A DNA stretch of 64,000 nt from Octopus sinensis (lineage: Eukaryota). The stretch spans positions 12,090,001 to 12,154,000 of the forward strand of contig NC_043020.1 in NCBI RefSeq assembly GCF_006345805.1. The letters run 5' to 3'. Under the pieces are notes generated by a model. It saw nothing but the letters and a program-made list of their open reading frames with translations. It did not search any database and was not told the origin of the DNA. The translations under genes were made by a program, and so were the position numbers. How positions within the stretch are numbered: the first letter of the stretch is position 1; every line of letters starts with the position of its first letter. This document shows, piece by piece, positions 1 through 12,789 of this stretch.

Positions 1-245
1 CCGTCGTATATATGTATGTATATATATATGTGTGTGTCTGTGTTTGTCCCCCTAGCATTGCTTGACAACCGATGCTGGTGTGTTTATGTCCCCGTTACTT
101 AGCGGTTCGGCAAAAGAGACCGATAGAATAAGTACTGGGCTTACAAAAAGAATAAGTCCCGGGGTCGAGTTGCTCGATTAAAGGCGGTGCTCCAGCATGG
201 CCGCAGTCGAAATTACTGAAACAAGGAAAAAGAAAGAAGAAAAGA
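1..245 (+). mobile_element. SINE family C, 3' part
   Basis: Matches other copies: gtttgtccccctagcattgcttgacaaccg...gcatggccgcagtc...gaaacaag plus purine tail. Confidence 0.85.
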
Positions 246-506
246 ATAGCAACATCAGAGCCATATGGTTTGGCTCCAGCTTGAAGATTTCTGAGACGTC
301 GAAGAGTTAAACGGAGAGTTCAAAGAAGAAGAAGGGGAATAATTCGGCATACAATCAATAGAGAGGGAGAGAGTGGGAGGGAGGGCGGGAGAGAGAGCGA
401 GGTGATTACGATTGACGGGGTGAGGAGAAAGATAGGTAATGAGTGAGTGAGAGAAAGAGAGAGCCTTGTGAGAGGATATGGTAGTCGGAAACTGAAAGGA
501 GACCGT

Positions 507-571
<65 letters not shown>

Positions 572-572
<1 letters not shown>

Positions 573-965
573 TAGCAGTATCGCTCGGCGTTGCTCGGGT
601 TTGTAAGGGAAATAACTATATAAGCATTTTTAGAGAGTTATAGCCAAAAAATAGCAAAAAAATGCATTAAAATGGAAAAAAATTATGGCAAATTTTTTTT
701 TAATCGTTGACTCATCGTAGACATTTTTAGAGAGTTACTTCCCTTATATAATAGCGAAAAAATGCATTAAAATGGAAAAAAATGATGGTAAATTTTTTTT
801 AAATCGTAGACTCATCGTAGACGCACGCTAATACCCAGAAGGGCTCGATATGAATCACGACTATAAGATACCAGGTTTTGGTTAAATTGTACCGCAAAAT
901 GTGGGAGTAGTTAGGAATCTAAATCGTAGGAGACAGACACACAACCTCTGTTTTATATATAAAGA
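572..965 (-). mobile_element. Non-autonomous Helitron-type element
   Basis: On the - strand starts TC(TTTATATAT) and ends with GC-rich hairpin-like CCCGAGCAACGCCGAGCG then CTAG|T; inserted in a TA repeat; near-identical to 19237-19618. Confidence 0.75.
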
Positions 966-1020
966 TATGCGTGTGTCTCGCTACCAACTGACAACTGATG
1001 TCGGTTTGTTTACGTTCCCG

Positions 1021-1429
1021 AGATCTTTTCGGTTTGAGTCGCAGTTTTTAAAAATAATTTCTAGGTAACTAAACACTTTTAAACTTCGTATACTGGTAGA
1101 ATGTGTTTATAAAACATCTTCTCTTGGCTTTATTGAGAAAATTCTGTAGTTTGTAAGATATTTTCTTCAATTTCTGTAATTTCAACCAATCAATGACGTC
1201 TATTGAGGTGAAAACATTCTGTGTCGTATGAATATGTCCCTCGTTTAAGAAACAGATTGGGTTTATTTACATTTGCGAGGAAAAAAAAAGATACCATTCC
1301 CCCTAACTAACCCAAACCCTAACCCTAAAACAGATTGAAATGCAATAGATCGATACTAGGGTCAAAATTATGGGTGACAATTTCATATGACACCGCTAGA
1401 AGAAACTGCCGTTCAAACCGAAAAGATCC
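1021..1429. mobile_element. MITE with GGATCTTTTCGGTTTGAACGGCAGT-type TIRs, splitting an old C-related SINE
   Basis: About 25-bp inverted termini; approximate duplication cgttcccg; homologues at 3217-3643 and 24850-25086. Confidence 0.8.
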
Positions 1430-1572
1430 CCCGTTCCCGTACCATAAGCAAAACAGAACCACTAGAATAAGTACTAGGCTCAAAAGTAAGTAAAGTCAAT
1501 TTGGTCGATTAAAACCACGAAGGCGATGCCCTAGCATGGCCGCAGTCCGATTCAGGAAACAAATAAAAAGAA

Positions 1573-2005
1573 GGCGATCTTTCGTCTTTAGTAGACCTTT
1601 CCGTCGATTTCCGTAAATTTTTTTTTTTTTTATAAGGACTTGCGGGAACTTTTGAAGTGATATACATACATATACACATACACCGAGTAAAAAATTTCAG
1701 TTATCTCTTTCTTTCACACATTACTCTCTGTCTCTTCACACACACTAACAGAAGCACTTCACTTACACAACATACTGTCTGTCTCCCACACCCCATCAAA
1801 CACACACACATGCACACACACACATGTACATCAATGCTTCCCATGCACGGTAACTTCAAAAGAACTTCCCTCGTCATACAATAGCTTTCTCTTAGTCTCT
1901 TTCGCTCTCATTACTTCAAAAGTTCCCGCAAGCCCATATGTAAAAAAAAAAAAAAATTTTTTTACGGAAATCGACGGAAAGGTCTACTAGAGACGAAAGA
2001 TTGCC
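1573..2005. mobile_element. MITE with about 85-bp TIRs and 8-bp TSD
   Basis: ggcgatctttcgtc...gcgggaacttttgaagt is inverted as acttcaaaagttcccgc...gacgaaagattgcc; AAAAAGAA on both flanks. Confidence 0.8.
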
Positions 2006-2059
2006 AAAAAGAAAAATGATTAAAAAATTCTATGCTTTTCTGCCTCGCTTCTGTCGTTA

Positions 2060-2240
2060 CGACACTCAGGTTATCTATCTTCTTTCCCTCGCTCTTTCGC
2101 TTTATCTCTGTCTCTTTCACTATTGGCTTTCTCTTCACTACTACTCTTTTTATTGTTCTCTCTTTCTCTCTAATTTCCACCTATCTGTTGTGTCTTCCTC
2201 TCTCACTCTATTTTCCTCTTTACCTCGTTTCCTTTCTTTA

Positions 2241-2275
<35 letters not shown>

Positions 2276-2610
2276 CTCTTTCTCCCTTTTCACGTGCCTC
2301 TCTATTTCTCATACTCTTTGTGCACACATTACTCCTTTCCCTTCCCTCTCACTCTGTCTATCACACTCTCTCTTCCTTTTCCTCTCTCTTCCTTTCCCTC
2401 ACTCTCTTTTCGATTCCCTCACTCTCTCTTCCTTTTCCTCACTTTCTCTTCCTTTCCCCTCACTCTCTCTTCCTTTCCCTCACTCTCTCATCCTTTTCCC
2501 TCATTCTCTCCTCCTTTCGCTTACTCTCTCATTCTTTCCCTCACTCTCTCTCTCTCTCTCCCCTTCCCCTCACTTTCTTTCTTCCTTTCGCTCACTCTCT
2601 GTGCACCCCC
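2060..2610. repeat. CT-rich low-complexity tract (ctcactctct-like units)
   Basis: Nearly pure pyrimidine on the + strand. Confidence 0.9.
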
Positions 2611-3216
2611 TTCCTTCAACTCACGCAGCAGTTACTGAAGTGACATCTACCGTCACAAAACACGAGCTAAAACCCCCCCTCCCTCCAAACAACAACAACG
2701 TAAAAACAAAAGACATACAAAACAAACTAAGTTAAAAATCAAGGGCAGGTAATCCAACATAATTCCAGCAAAAGAAAAAATATTTTTTATGCAGACGCCA
2801 TTTTCTCATCGGTTGCTAACGATTTGACAAACGGCGGCCGTCGTCATCTTCACAGACACAGCTTTAATATTACAACCGGAGATTCACCTTTACTTTGGCT
2901 TTTTTTTTTTGTGTGTGTCTCTCGTTGGCCTGCAATATATTTACCATATTTGATACCTGATACAAAAATGTAATCCACCGTACAAGGTTAGTCCACCTCT
3001 GTAAAAAAATTAGCAAAACGAAAACAAAAAGTGTGACGTTTTCTCTCTTCTTGTTATTGTTATTATGGTTGTTCTTATTATTGTGGTTGTTCTTATTATT
3101 ATGGTTGTTATTATTTGTTGATGTTTATTTTATTATTTATTTAGAGCTGGTGCCTCGCATAAACATCGCAACAACACATTTCATGTGTTGTTGCGATGTT
3201 TATGCGATGTTTCGTT

Positions 3217-3643
3217 GGATCTTTTCGGTTTGGACGGCAGTTTTTAACATAATTTCTAGGTAACTAAAAAAATTTTAAACTTCGTATACTGGTAGAATGT
3301 GTTTATAAAACATCTTTTTTCTCTTGGCTTTATTGAGAAAATTCTATAGTTTGTAAGATATTTGTAAGATATTTTCTTCAATTTCTGCAATTTCAACCAA
3401 TCAATGACGTCTATTGAGATAAAAAAAACATTCTGTGCCGTATGAATATGTCCCTCGTTTAAGAAACAGATTGGGTTTATTTACATTTGTGAAGAAAAAA
3501 AGATACCCTTCCCCACAGCCCTAACCCTAACTCTAACCCTAAAACAGATTGAAATGCAATAGATCGATTCTAGGGTCATAATTATGGGTGACAATTTCAT
3601 ATGACACCGCTAGAAAAAACTGCCGTTCAAACCGAAAAGATCC
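3217..3643. mobile_element. GGATC-TIR MITE (same family as 1021-1429)
   Basis: ggatcttttcggtttggacggcagt ... actgccgttcaaaccgaaaagatcc; internal CCCTAA repeats. Confidence 0.85.
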
Positions 3644-4039
3644 ATTGTTATTAATATTATTATTATTGCTGATGACATTCTTTAAGTCCTGTTGTTTTTG
3701 TTGATGCAAGTTTTCTTCTCAGGGATAGGAAGACAAACGGGCATGAACGTCACCTAATCTCGTTTCTCTAACGCTGTCAGTTTCCAGCTATCAGTGACAA
3801 ACCAAAACCGAAGAGGGAGGGAACCTCTACATGGCCACTTTATGTGCTAGAAATAGTAGGAAAAACTCCATCCTGTAATACGAGCATAACGTTAAAAAAA
3901 AAATTGTACATTCGATAACGTTGTGTGAAACGAAAGACTGGATTGTCACGGTTAGAACGTCGTTAAACGTATGTTTACATTCTGATGGTTAACATAGGAC
4001 TGGGGTCTACACACTAACAACTTTTGAGAATATAACGAA

Positions 4040-4124
4040 AACATTAGATATATATCTGTCTAACTCTACACATATACATGTGTACAGTTAGTATATATTT
4101 TTTCTTCTATTTGTGTATATACAT

Positions 4125-4174
<50 letters not shown>

Positions 4175-4412
4175 GTATACGCATATACTTATGTATGTGT
4201 GGTGTACAAAGATGTATGTGTGTATATATAGGTACGTATGTATATACATGTACATATCTATGTATATATGATTTTGTAATTTTATGTGTATATATGTATA
4301 ACATTAGATATATATCTGTTTACCTCTACACATATACATGTGTACAGTTAATATATATTTTTTCTTGTATTTATGTATTTGTGTATATACATACACACAC
4401 ACATACATACAT

Positions 4413-4474
<62 letters not shown>

Positions 4475-4590
4475 GCATATACTTATGTATGTGTGGTGTA
4501 CAAAGATGTATGTGTGTATATATAGGTACATATGTATATACATGTACATATCTATGTTATATGATTTTGTAATTGTATATGTATAACTGT
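4040..4590. repeat. Tandem duplication (about 260-285 bp unit) containing CA/TA microsatellites
   Basis: acattagatatatatctgt...ctctacacatatacatgtgtacagtt occurs at about 4041 and 4301. Confidence 0.85.
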
Positions 4591-4598
4591 GTGTGCGC

Positions 4599-4638
<40 letters not shown>

Positions 4639-5015
4639 GCTTATACTTATGTATGTGTGGTGTGTATATATATATATATATATTCAAGTATGGCTGTGTT
4701 GTTAAGAAGCTTGCTTTCCAAACATGTGTTTGAGTTGCTCCACTGCGTGGGACCTTGGGCAAATGTCATCTATTATTCTGGGCTAACCAATGCCTTGTGA
4801 GTAAAAATAATAGCAGAAAAACTGTATGGAAGCCTCATGCGCATACGTGTGTGTGTCAGTTTGTTTACGTCCCCTAACTGTATAGCAAAAGAGACTGATA
4901 GAATAAACATCAGATTTAAAAAAAAAAAAAGCAACTATAACTCTTCTCGGTTATGCTCCAGCATGGTGGCAGTCCAATATGAGACCCAAGTAAAAGATAT
5001 ATACGTATATATGTA

Positions 5016-5559
5016 GGCACAGGAGTGGCTGTGTGGTACGAAAGGTATAGTGACAGGTACCTTTGTATCCGGCCAGGGGCTGGTCAACTTTTTCAGTACC
5101 ACCTCGGTAGTAAGATCAGGCTGGAGAAGAGGTGTCTGTCAGGAGATATGTTTGCGAAAAGATGGAAGTCTGTAGCGTGCGAGCTGGGTATATCTGGCAC
5201 CAGGTAAGTGTGGCCGGATCAAGAAGTAAAGGTTCTATCTGGATGGCAGGGATCCGTGCCCTACTGTATAATACCAAATTTTAAAAACTTTATATTGTAA
5301 ATATTATATATATTTTATTGTAATCACCAACGTTTTAAGCTACTACACCCTATATGTTTGTCTGTATTTGTATGTCCCCTCTATGTAATGCCTTAATGGC
5401 AAATCTTTCATGAAATAAAGTAGCTTGCTTACCAACCACATGGTTCCGGGTTCAGTCCCACTGCATGGCATCTTGGGCAAGTGTCTTCTACTATAGCCTC
5501 GGGCCGACCAAAGCCTTGTGAGTGGATTTGGTAGACGGAAACTGAAAAGAAGCCCGTCC

Positions 5560-5603
<44 letters not shown>

Positions 5604-5815
5604 CATGTATGTTTGTGTGTCTGTGTTTGTCCCCCTATCATTGCTTGACAACCGATGCTGGTGTGTTTATGTCCCCGTCACTTAGCGGTTCGGCAAAAGA
5701 GACCGATAGAATAAGTACTGGGCTTACAAAGAATAAGTCCCGGGGTCGAGTTGTTCGATTAAAGGCGGTGCTCCAGCATGGCCGCAGTCAAATGACTGAA
5801 ACAAGTAAAAGAGTA
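5016..5815 (+). mobile_element. SINE family C interrupted in its tRNA-like head by a LINE fragment (5039-5418)
   Basis: Head ggcacaggagtggctgtgtggta ends at 5038 and resumes as agtagcttgctt at 5419. Confidence 0.85.
5039..5418 (+). mobile_element. LINE 3' fragment, possibly L1/Tx1-like
   Basis: Peptide YHLGSKIRLEKRCLSGDMFAKRWKSV resembles L1/Tx1 ORF2 C-termini; 3' UTR ends in AATAA. Confidence 0.45.
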
Positions 5816-5969
5816 ATATATATGTATGTTTGTGTGTGTGTATGCATGCATTTACGTGTATATACATATATATATTTATGTATATGTTCTTGTATGCATA
5901 TATACATATGTATATATGCATGTATGTTTTATAGTTGTACATATATAGGCAACTTGTAGTAATATGCAC

Positions 5970-6565
5970 ATTATATTGTTTACCAATGGAGAAGTTCTTA
6001 AGCAGATCAGGCCGAAAATGCCGTTAGAAGCTAGGATCACCAAGCATAGATTGGCATATTTCGGTCATATTATGCGAAGAAAATCCCTGGAGAAGGACAT
6101 CATGCTCGGAATAGTCAGTGGCAAGAAAGGAAGAGGCCGACCAAGAACCCATTGGCTTGACACCATCAAGAGTGATACCGGAATGGATATAGCCAATCTG
6201 AAAGAAGCGGCCCAGGATAGAACTGACTGGAGGACACTGATCCAATGAGTAACCGAGAGTCGACTTCGACTGAGCGGATATATATATATATATCTTAAGC
6301 AGATCAGGTCTAAAATGTTGCTAGAAGCAAGGATCATCAAGCATAGATTGGTGCATTTCGGTCATATTATGCGGAGAAAATCCCTGGAGAAGGACATCAT
6401 GCTCGGAATGGTCAGTGGCAAGAGAGGAAGAGGCCGACTAAGACACCATCAAGAGTGATACCGGAATGGACATAGCCAATCTGAAAGAAGTGGCCCAGGA
6501 TAGAACTGACTGGAGGACACTGATCCAACGAGTAACCGAGAGTCGACTTAGACTGAGAGGATAGA
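5970..6565 (+). mobile_element. Two tandem RTE-clade LINE 3' ends
   Basis: RLAYFGHIMRR.SLEKDIMLG.VSGK.GRGRP..W.D.I...QDR..WR is the RTE ORF C-terminus; second copy starts at about 6293. Confidence 0.9.
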
Positions 6566-6870
6566 GAGAGATTGTTTACCTAATGCCTCAAGTCACGATA
6601 GTAAATTTGATGGGAGCTTAAAATGACAAATGTACTAAGAAAACTAGATCAATGTATTTATCTAATTCTAATGGGTGACTTTAACTTCCTCATTGTTTAA
6701 TGGTCTGAAGGTGACATTATCTCAGAAATAGCATGCAAAAAGTGCAGTCTGTCAGAATTTCTGCTTCATCTCAGGAAAATGATGTTCATGGAGCAAATCA
6801 TATTTTACCTGATCTGGAATAACATTTTGGATGTCTGCTTCACCAATAATGTGGAACTTATCGACAATTT

Positions 6871-7445
6871 GAAGGTACATGGCTCAGTAGTTAGAGCGCA
6901 GGGCTCACAGTCATGAGGTAGTGTGTTCAGTTCCTGGACTGGGTTGTGTGTTGTCTTCTTGAGAAAGACCCTTTATTTCACATTGCTCCAGTTCACCCAG
7001 CTGTAGAATTGAGCTGCAACATCACTGATGTCAAACTGTATCAGCCTTTGCCTGTCCCTTGGATAACATTGGTGGTGTGGAGAGCTGGTATGCAAAGGTG
7101 GCGAGCCGGCAGAAACGTTAGCACGCCAGGCGAAATGCGTAGTCGTATTTCGTCTGTCGTTACGTTCTGAGTTCAAATTAAGCCGAGATCGACTTTGCCT
7201 TTCATCCTTTCGGGGGCGATTAAATAAGTACCAGTTACGCACTGGGTTGATATAATCGACTTAATCCGTTTGTCTGTCCTTGTTTGTCCTCTGTGTTTAG
7301 CCCCTTGTGGGTAGTAAAGAAATAGGTATGCATGGGTGACTACTGGTCTTCCATAAACAAATTTGCTGAGACTTCTACTTTGGAGGGGAACTTTCTAAGT
7401 GCAATCCCATGGTCTTTCATGATCGAAGGTTTTTTTTACCATATT
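6871..7445 (+). mobile_element. SINE family E with nested SINE B (about 7094-7327, TSD ggtatgc)
   Basis: tRNA-like head tgaaggtacatggctcagtagttagagc; body matches 28294, 34713 and 38667. Confidence 0.8.
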
Positions 7446-8010
7446 GACAATGTGAAGGCATCTCTGACTATAACAGAATAGAACCTAAGAATGTGTGGTT
7501 CAGAACTAATTAAAGATGTATTCCACACAAATATCAAGCAGACCCTTTCTGGTCTGAACTTCTGCAAAACTGACTAGAAATATATTTGACAACAGATCTT
7601 GAAGTAAAATTGGCTTAAAAGTCAATGCAAGACATTGAAAAGAATCTCAGAAAATTTACATAAGTAACATCAGCCATATGCATTAAATTTGTCTCAGAGA
7701 GGAGAGCCAGTACATACAAAAACACTATTCCCTGAGACTGGAGGATCCTTATGAAACAGAATAAAGATTTCAAATCACTTAAACATGTGAATGACAGTGA
7801 GAACTCCCGCTTCAAAGAGGTATTCTTAAAGACGGAAAATAAACCCTGACTCACCCATGGAATAGAAAGGGAAGAAAGAGAAGCCAGGACAGCTGAAAAT
7901 ATAAAAATGAATGTGAAAGACTTCTACAAATTTGCAAAAGAATCTACTTCAGCATGCTACAAGATAGGGTCACACTTTGAAGAAAATGGTTCACTGACGG
8001 TAGAACCTGT

Positions 8011-8308
8011 TGTTGTTTGTTCCTTCTTGAACCATGCCTAGCTCATAAGGGCCGGTTTCTTGGTGTATAGGTTCCCCACCTGAACGGGACGCCGGTCTGT
8101 CGCAGGTGAGCTGCAAGATACAGGAGGAAAAAGTGAGAGAAAGTTGTGGCGAAAGAGTCAGCAGAAGTTCGCCATTATCTTCTGCTGGAGCCGCGTGGAG
8201 CTTATGTGTTTTCGCTCATAAACACACACATCACCCGGTCTGAGATTCGAACCCGCGATCCCTCGACCGCGAGTCCGCTGCTCTAACCACTAGGCCATGT
8301 GCCTTCAC
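8011..8308 (-). mobile_element. tRNA-derived SINE (A-related subfamily), TSD gtagaacctgt
   Basis: A/B-box-like head on the - strand; homologous to 50099-50404 and 59168-59450. Confidence 0.85.
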
Positions 8309-8606
8309 TCTGTAGAACCTGTGAGGATCAGTGAATTACTAGATAAACAGTTCCCAAGTGTTTTCACTTACTCACTGGGAGATATGCAAATAAGCAAACC
8401 TGATAAACTCTTCAACACCAGGGACCCCACAAGGGGATATGATAGTGGCCATTGATGAGATAAATTCAAACTCAACAATGAGCCCAGATGGATTTCTGAC
8501 TATTCTTTTAAAGACATGTAAGGAAGCTGTCACAAAACCACTGCAGATACTTCTCCAGAGTTTTTTTGCACGTGGCAAACTTCCCAAAACATTAAAGGTA
8601 TAATAT

Positions 8607-8843
8607 ACCTATTTCTTTACTACCCACAAGGGGCTAAACACAGAGGGGAAAAACAAGTACAGACAAATGGATTAAGTCGATTACATCAACCCCCAGTGCG
8701 TAACTGGTCCTTATTTAATCGACCCCGAAAGGATGAAAGGCAAAGTCGACCTCGGCGGAATTTGAACTCAGAACGTAATGACAGACAAAGTACGGCTACG
8801 CATTTCGCCCGGCGTGCTAACGTTTCTGCCAGCTCGCCGCCTT
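8607..8843 (-). mobile_element. SINE family B
   Basis: Reverse complement of gggcggcgagctggcagaaacgttagc...gagttcaaattcc...gccccttgtgggtagtaaagaaataggt. Confidence 0.9.
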
Positions 8844-9652
8844 AAATCAATGGGAGATATGCAAAGGTATAATATACTTTCTCCATAATGGAAGAAGCAG
8901 AACTGATACTAAAAGTTATCTCTCTGATCTCACATTTTAGCAAGGTTTTGGATCACATTGTCGGAAGGAGGCTGATCATGTTCCTAGAAGAAAATTACTT
9001 GCTCACCAACATGCAACATAGCTTCCATCCAGGGAGGAGCTGCCTCACACAACTAGAGCAGCATTTTGGCTGGGCACTGGTAGAACAACGCCACCCCTCA
9101 AAGTTAATCATGAAATTGATATATGTCACATTCTGCATGAACTGGGTATCACTGGAAAACTAGGTGGGTGGTTGCATGGCTTCTACCTTTTAAGATGTCC
9201 AGACAGTTGTAGCCAATTGTGCTATCTCTGGTGAGACATCAATCCTTAGCGGAGTCCCTGAGGGAACTGTTTTAACATCCACTTTTCCATGCATGCATGG
9301 GTCAGACAGTTTATTGAAGTAGATTTTCTATGACTGGATGCCTTTTCTATCAGCAACCCTTACCTGTTTCCAAGCAAGGTAATATTTTCCCATTGTTAGA
9401 CAGGTTTCTGCAGAATGTTGGAAACGAATGACATTCATTTACTACAATCATGTGATATTAGACAAGGACACACAAACATACATACAATAGATCCACACAT
9501 AAGGGTTTCGTTGGCCCAGGGATTTAGTTTACAGCACTTGCTCGAAGTGTCATGCAATGGGACAGAACCTGAAACCATATAGTTGGGAAGCATGCTTCGC
9601 ACTCACAGAGCCACACACGTGTATATATTTATATGTATACTGAGGGGCAGCA

Positions 9653-9975
9653 ATCATCATCGTTTAACGTCCGTTCTCCATGCTAACATGGGTTGGACGG
9701 TTCAACTGGGGTCTGGGGAGCCAGTAGGCTGCGCCAGGCTCAGTCCTATCTGGCAGTGTTTCTACAGCTGGATGCCCTTCCTAACGCCAACCACTCCGTG
9801 AGTGTAGTGTGTGCTTCTTACGTGCCAGGCGAGGCTGGCAACGGCCACGATTGGATTGATGCATTTTACGTGCCACCGGCACGGAAGCCAGTCAAGGCAG
9901 CGCTGGCATCAGCCACGATTCGGATGGTGCTTTTTACGTGCCACTGGCATGGAAGCCAGTCTAGGTGGCAACATT
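9653..9975 (-). mobile_element. SINE family D ((GAT)n tail, internal repeats)
   Basis: catcatcatcgtttaacgtccg...ctggatgcccttcctaacgccaaccactcc. Confidence 0.9.
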
Positions 9976-10379
9976 ACTAAAGTCCACACAGAAAGATCAA
10001 ATACATACATATATTCATTTATATCTACAGAACAGATATAACGTCCAACGTTTAAAAATATAATAATACATAAATAAATAAACTTCATATAATATATATA
10101 AATATATAAGAATCAGTGTTGCATACAAAACACAGTGAACTTACGCTTAAAATCATAAAACATTTGGTAAATTAAAAATTTGGGATAATAAAACATATAA
10201 AGGATATTTTAAAATTCCAGAAAAAATAGAGAAAAAATGAAAATACAAAAATTACAAAAGTGTTCATCTATGGGCCGTTTCAGAGATGCGCCAATTAATA
10301 TGATACATTTCATATATTCGAAACTGACACTCCTCTCATCAGGATGTTTTTTACACACAATACACAATACATGGAAACA

Positions 10380-10802
10380 AATATACAATTACATACCAGC
10401 TATATGCGAGAGACATAACCTTCATTGCCTATGATACCGCCTCTGCGCAAAACCAAAATATCAACTAACTTATGGCTGGGAGATGAGAGTTTACACAAAC
10501 TAGCTGTCCTTGGCTTCCACCATAGCTCCAGAACCTGGCACATGAGTTCCTATATCCCTGGGATGATCTTTTTCAAACACCTCCTTGATTTTGGGCACCA
10601 GCTTAGCTTTGGTGTTGCAGAGAGAGCAGGTTAGCATCTTTCTCAACCACAACCTGCAAAGAGTAATCCATGGGATTACAATTGAAGGAGTTAGGGGAGC
10701 CAGAGAGTGGGGCTGGTGAAGGTGGAAGAAATTCTCCAATAACCACTGCTGACTCTTTCTTGAGGTATATGGCAAGAAGCCAAATCCTGCTGTCACACAT
10801 AT
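10380..10802 (-). mobile_element. Tc1/mariner-superfamily transposase C-terminal remnant
   Basis: Across two frames QQWLLENF..SPNSFNCNPMDY..VVEKDAN..CNTKAKLVPKIKEVF, a degenerate WPPNSPDLNPLDY motif. Confidence 0.7.
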
Positions 10803-10896
10803 GGAAGCACTCCGTTGGTTACGACGACGAGGGTTCCGGTTGATCCGAATCAACGGAACAGCCTGCTCGTGAAATTAACGTGTAAGTGGCTGAGCC
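10803..10896 (-). mobile_element. SINE family A, 3' fragment
   Basis: ggaagcactccgttggttacgacg...gtgtaagtggctgagc. Confidence 0.85.
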
Positions 10897-11131
10897 TTTA
10901 TGGTGTTCGCAGAGCATTGAGCAGCAATCATGATGTTGGCATTTTGATACCTGACATGAATCTTCATGATACAGGTATCTTCATGATACCGCGAGTCCAC
11001 TGCTGAAGAGCCATGTGCAAAATATTATACCACCACTCTCTTTTTTCCCCTCTTATACTGTATGTCCTTTTGACTTTTGTTGTTTTGTTATTTGCTTATA
11101 TATATATACATACATACATATATATATATAT

Positions 11132-11537
11132 GAGTGGTTGTGTGGTAAGTAGCTTGCTAACCACCCACATGGTTCCGGGTTCAGTCCCACTGCGTGGCAC
11201 CTTGGGCAAGTATCTTCTGCTATAGCCCCGGGCCGACCAATGCTGTGTGAGTGGATTTGGTAGACGGAAACTGAAAGAAGCCTGTCGTATATATGTATAT
11301 ATATATATGTATATGTATGTGTGTGTGTTTATGTATCTGTGTTTGTCCCTCTAGCATTGCTTGACAACCGATGCTGGTGTGTTTATGTCCCCGTCACTTA
11401 GCGGTTCGGCAAAAGAGACCGATAGAATAAGTACTGGGCTTACAAAGAATAAGTCCCGGGGTCGATCTGCTTGACTAAAGGCGGTGCTCCAGCATGGCCG
11501 CAGTCGAATGACTGAAACAAGTAAAAGAGTAAAGAGT
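11132..11537 (+). mobile_element. SINE family C, near full length
   Basis: tRNA-like head, central TA/TG tract, (GTAAAAGA)n-like tail. Confidence 0.9.
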
Positions 11538-11919
11538 ATATACACATACATACACACATACATATTTATAATATAATTTCTGTCATGGGCTTATATGCCC
11601 CAATAATAGATTATTTTCTGTAGCCAATATATGGTGAACACTTATTAGCTGGAGCTTATAATTCTATTTACAGAATGTTCACTCATCACTGTTTCATATC
11701 TCTACACAAAATATCCCTAATAGGAAATCATAGTGCCTAAATTTAATGGAAAGAAATTGGTGGGTAAGTGGGTATAATCGGTCAACATACTTAACGCGAA
11801 AATAAGAGGTGTGGGTTTGATTTCCATGTGTACTAATACCCTTATTTTTCCATCAAGGGCTTATATGCTCCAGTATTATACTATTTTCTATAGCCAGTAT
11901 ATGGTGAATGCTTATATAT

Positions 11920-12250
11920 TTCTTTATTGCCCACAAGGGGCTAAACATAGAGAGGACAAACAAGGACAGACCAAGGGAGTAAGTCGATTATATCGACCCC
12001 AGTGCATAACTGGTCCTTATTTAATCGACCCCGAAAGGATGAAAGGCAATGCTTATAAGCTTAAGCTTATAATTATATATACAGTATTTTTTTTTCTCTC
12101 CTTGTTTTTTTCTGTGTATCTTTCTGTCGAAGAGCATAGGCTTGAAACATAAAAGACTTTTTTCTATTCTTGAGCGCTATACTAATACATTTGTTTGTTT
12201 GTACTCCACCTGCCTTCATCTTTTGTTTATTTTCGTAAAATTTCCCTTTA
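11920..12250. mobile_element. SINE B fragment followed by a Penelope-type terminal repeat
   Basis: B fragment 11920-12048; ctttctgtcgaagagcataggcttgaaacataaaag at about 12119-12155. Confidence 0.6.
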
Positions 12251-12259
12251 TATATGTAT

Positions 12260-12270
12260 ATATATATATA

Positions 12271-12301
<31 letters not shown>

Positions 12302-12443
12302 TATATATATATATATACACACACACATGTATATACACACATGCACACATGTATATACATGCACACACACACACACACACATATATATATAATACATGAA
12401 TGTGTGTGTGTATATATATACACATACATATATGTAATATATA

Positions 12444-12474
<31 letters not shown>

Positions 12475-12579
12475 TGTATATACACACATGCACACATGTA
12501 TATACATGCACACACACACACACACACATATATATAATACATGAATGTGTGTGTGTATATATATACACATACATATATG

Positions 12580-12618
<39 letters not shown>

Positions 12619-12620
12619 CA
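12260..12620. repeat. Duplicated compound TA/CA microsatellite unit (about 145 bp, twice)
   Basis: cacatgtatatacacacatgcacacatg...aatacatgaatgtgtg occurs twice. Confidence 0.85.
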
Positions 12621-12789
12621 AGATAAGAACAAATCAGTGTACATATATATGTTTACTAACTTATATTATTTATTTATATCATTATGTATATGTATATTTT
12701 TATATGTATAGGAGTGTGAGTATATGCACTCATATGTATATGTATATGTTGTATTATGGGTATGTACCCACACCCATGTGGATATATAT

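Larger units (their letters stand above)
6640..9290 (+). mobile_element. Decayed CR1/L2-like LINE (endonuclease plus RT) interrupted by SINEs
   Basis: Fragments MGDFNF, NILDVCFTNN, ENGSLTVEP..ISELLDKQFPSVFT, SPDGFLTILLKTCKE, SKVLDHIV...QHSFHPGRSCLTQL and GVPEGTVL lie in colinear order, with stops and frameshifts. Confidence 0.8.

Noticed and set aside
2001-2735. 244-aa and 203-aa Leu/Ser/Phe-rich ORFs
   Set aside because: Arise from the CT-rich low-complexity tract.
2600-2810. YY1-like CGCCATTTT motif and CAG|gtaatc donor
   Set aside because: Isolated motifs with no linked exons; too weak to call a promoter.
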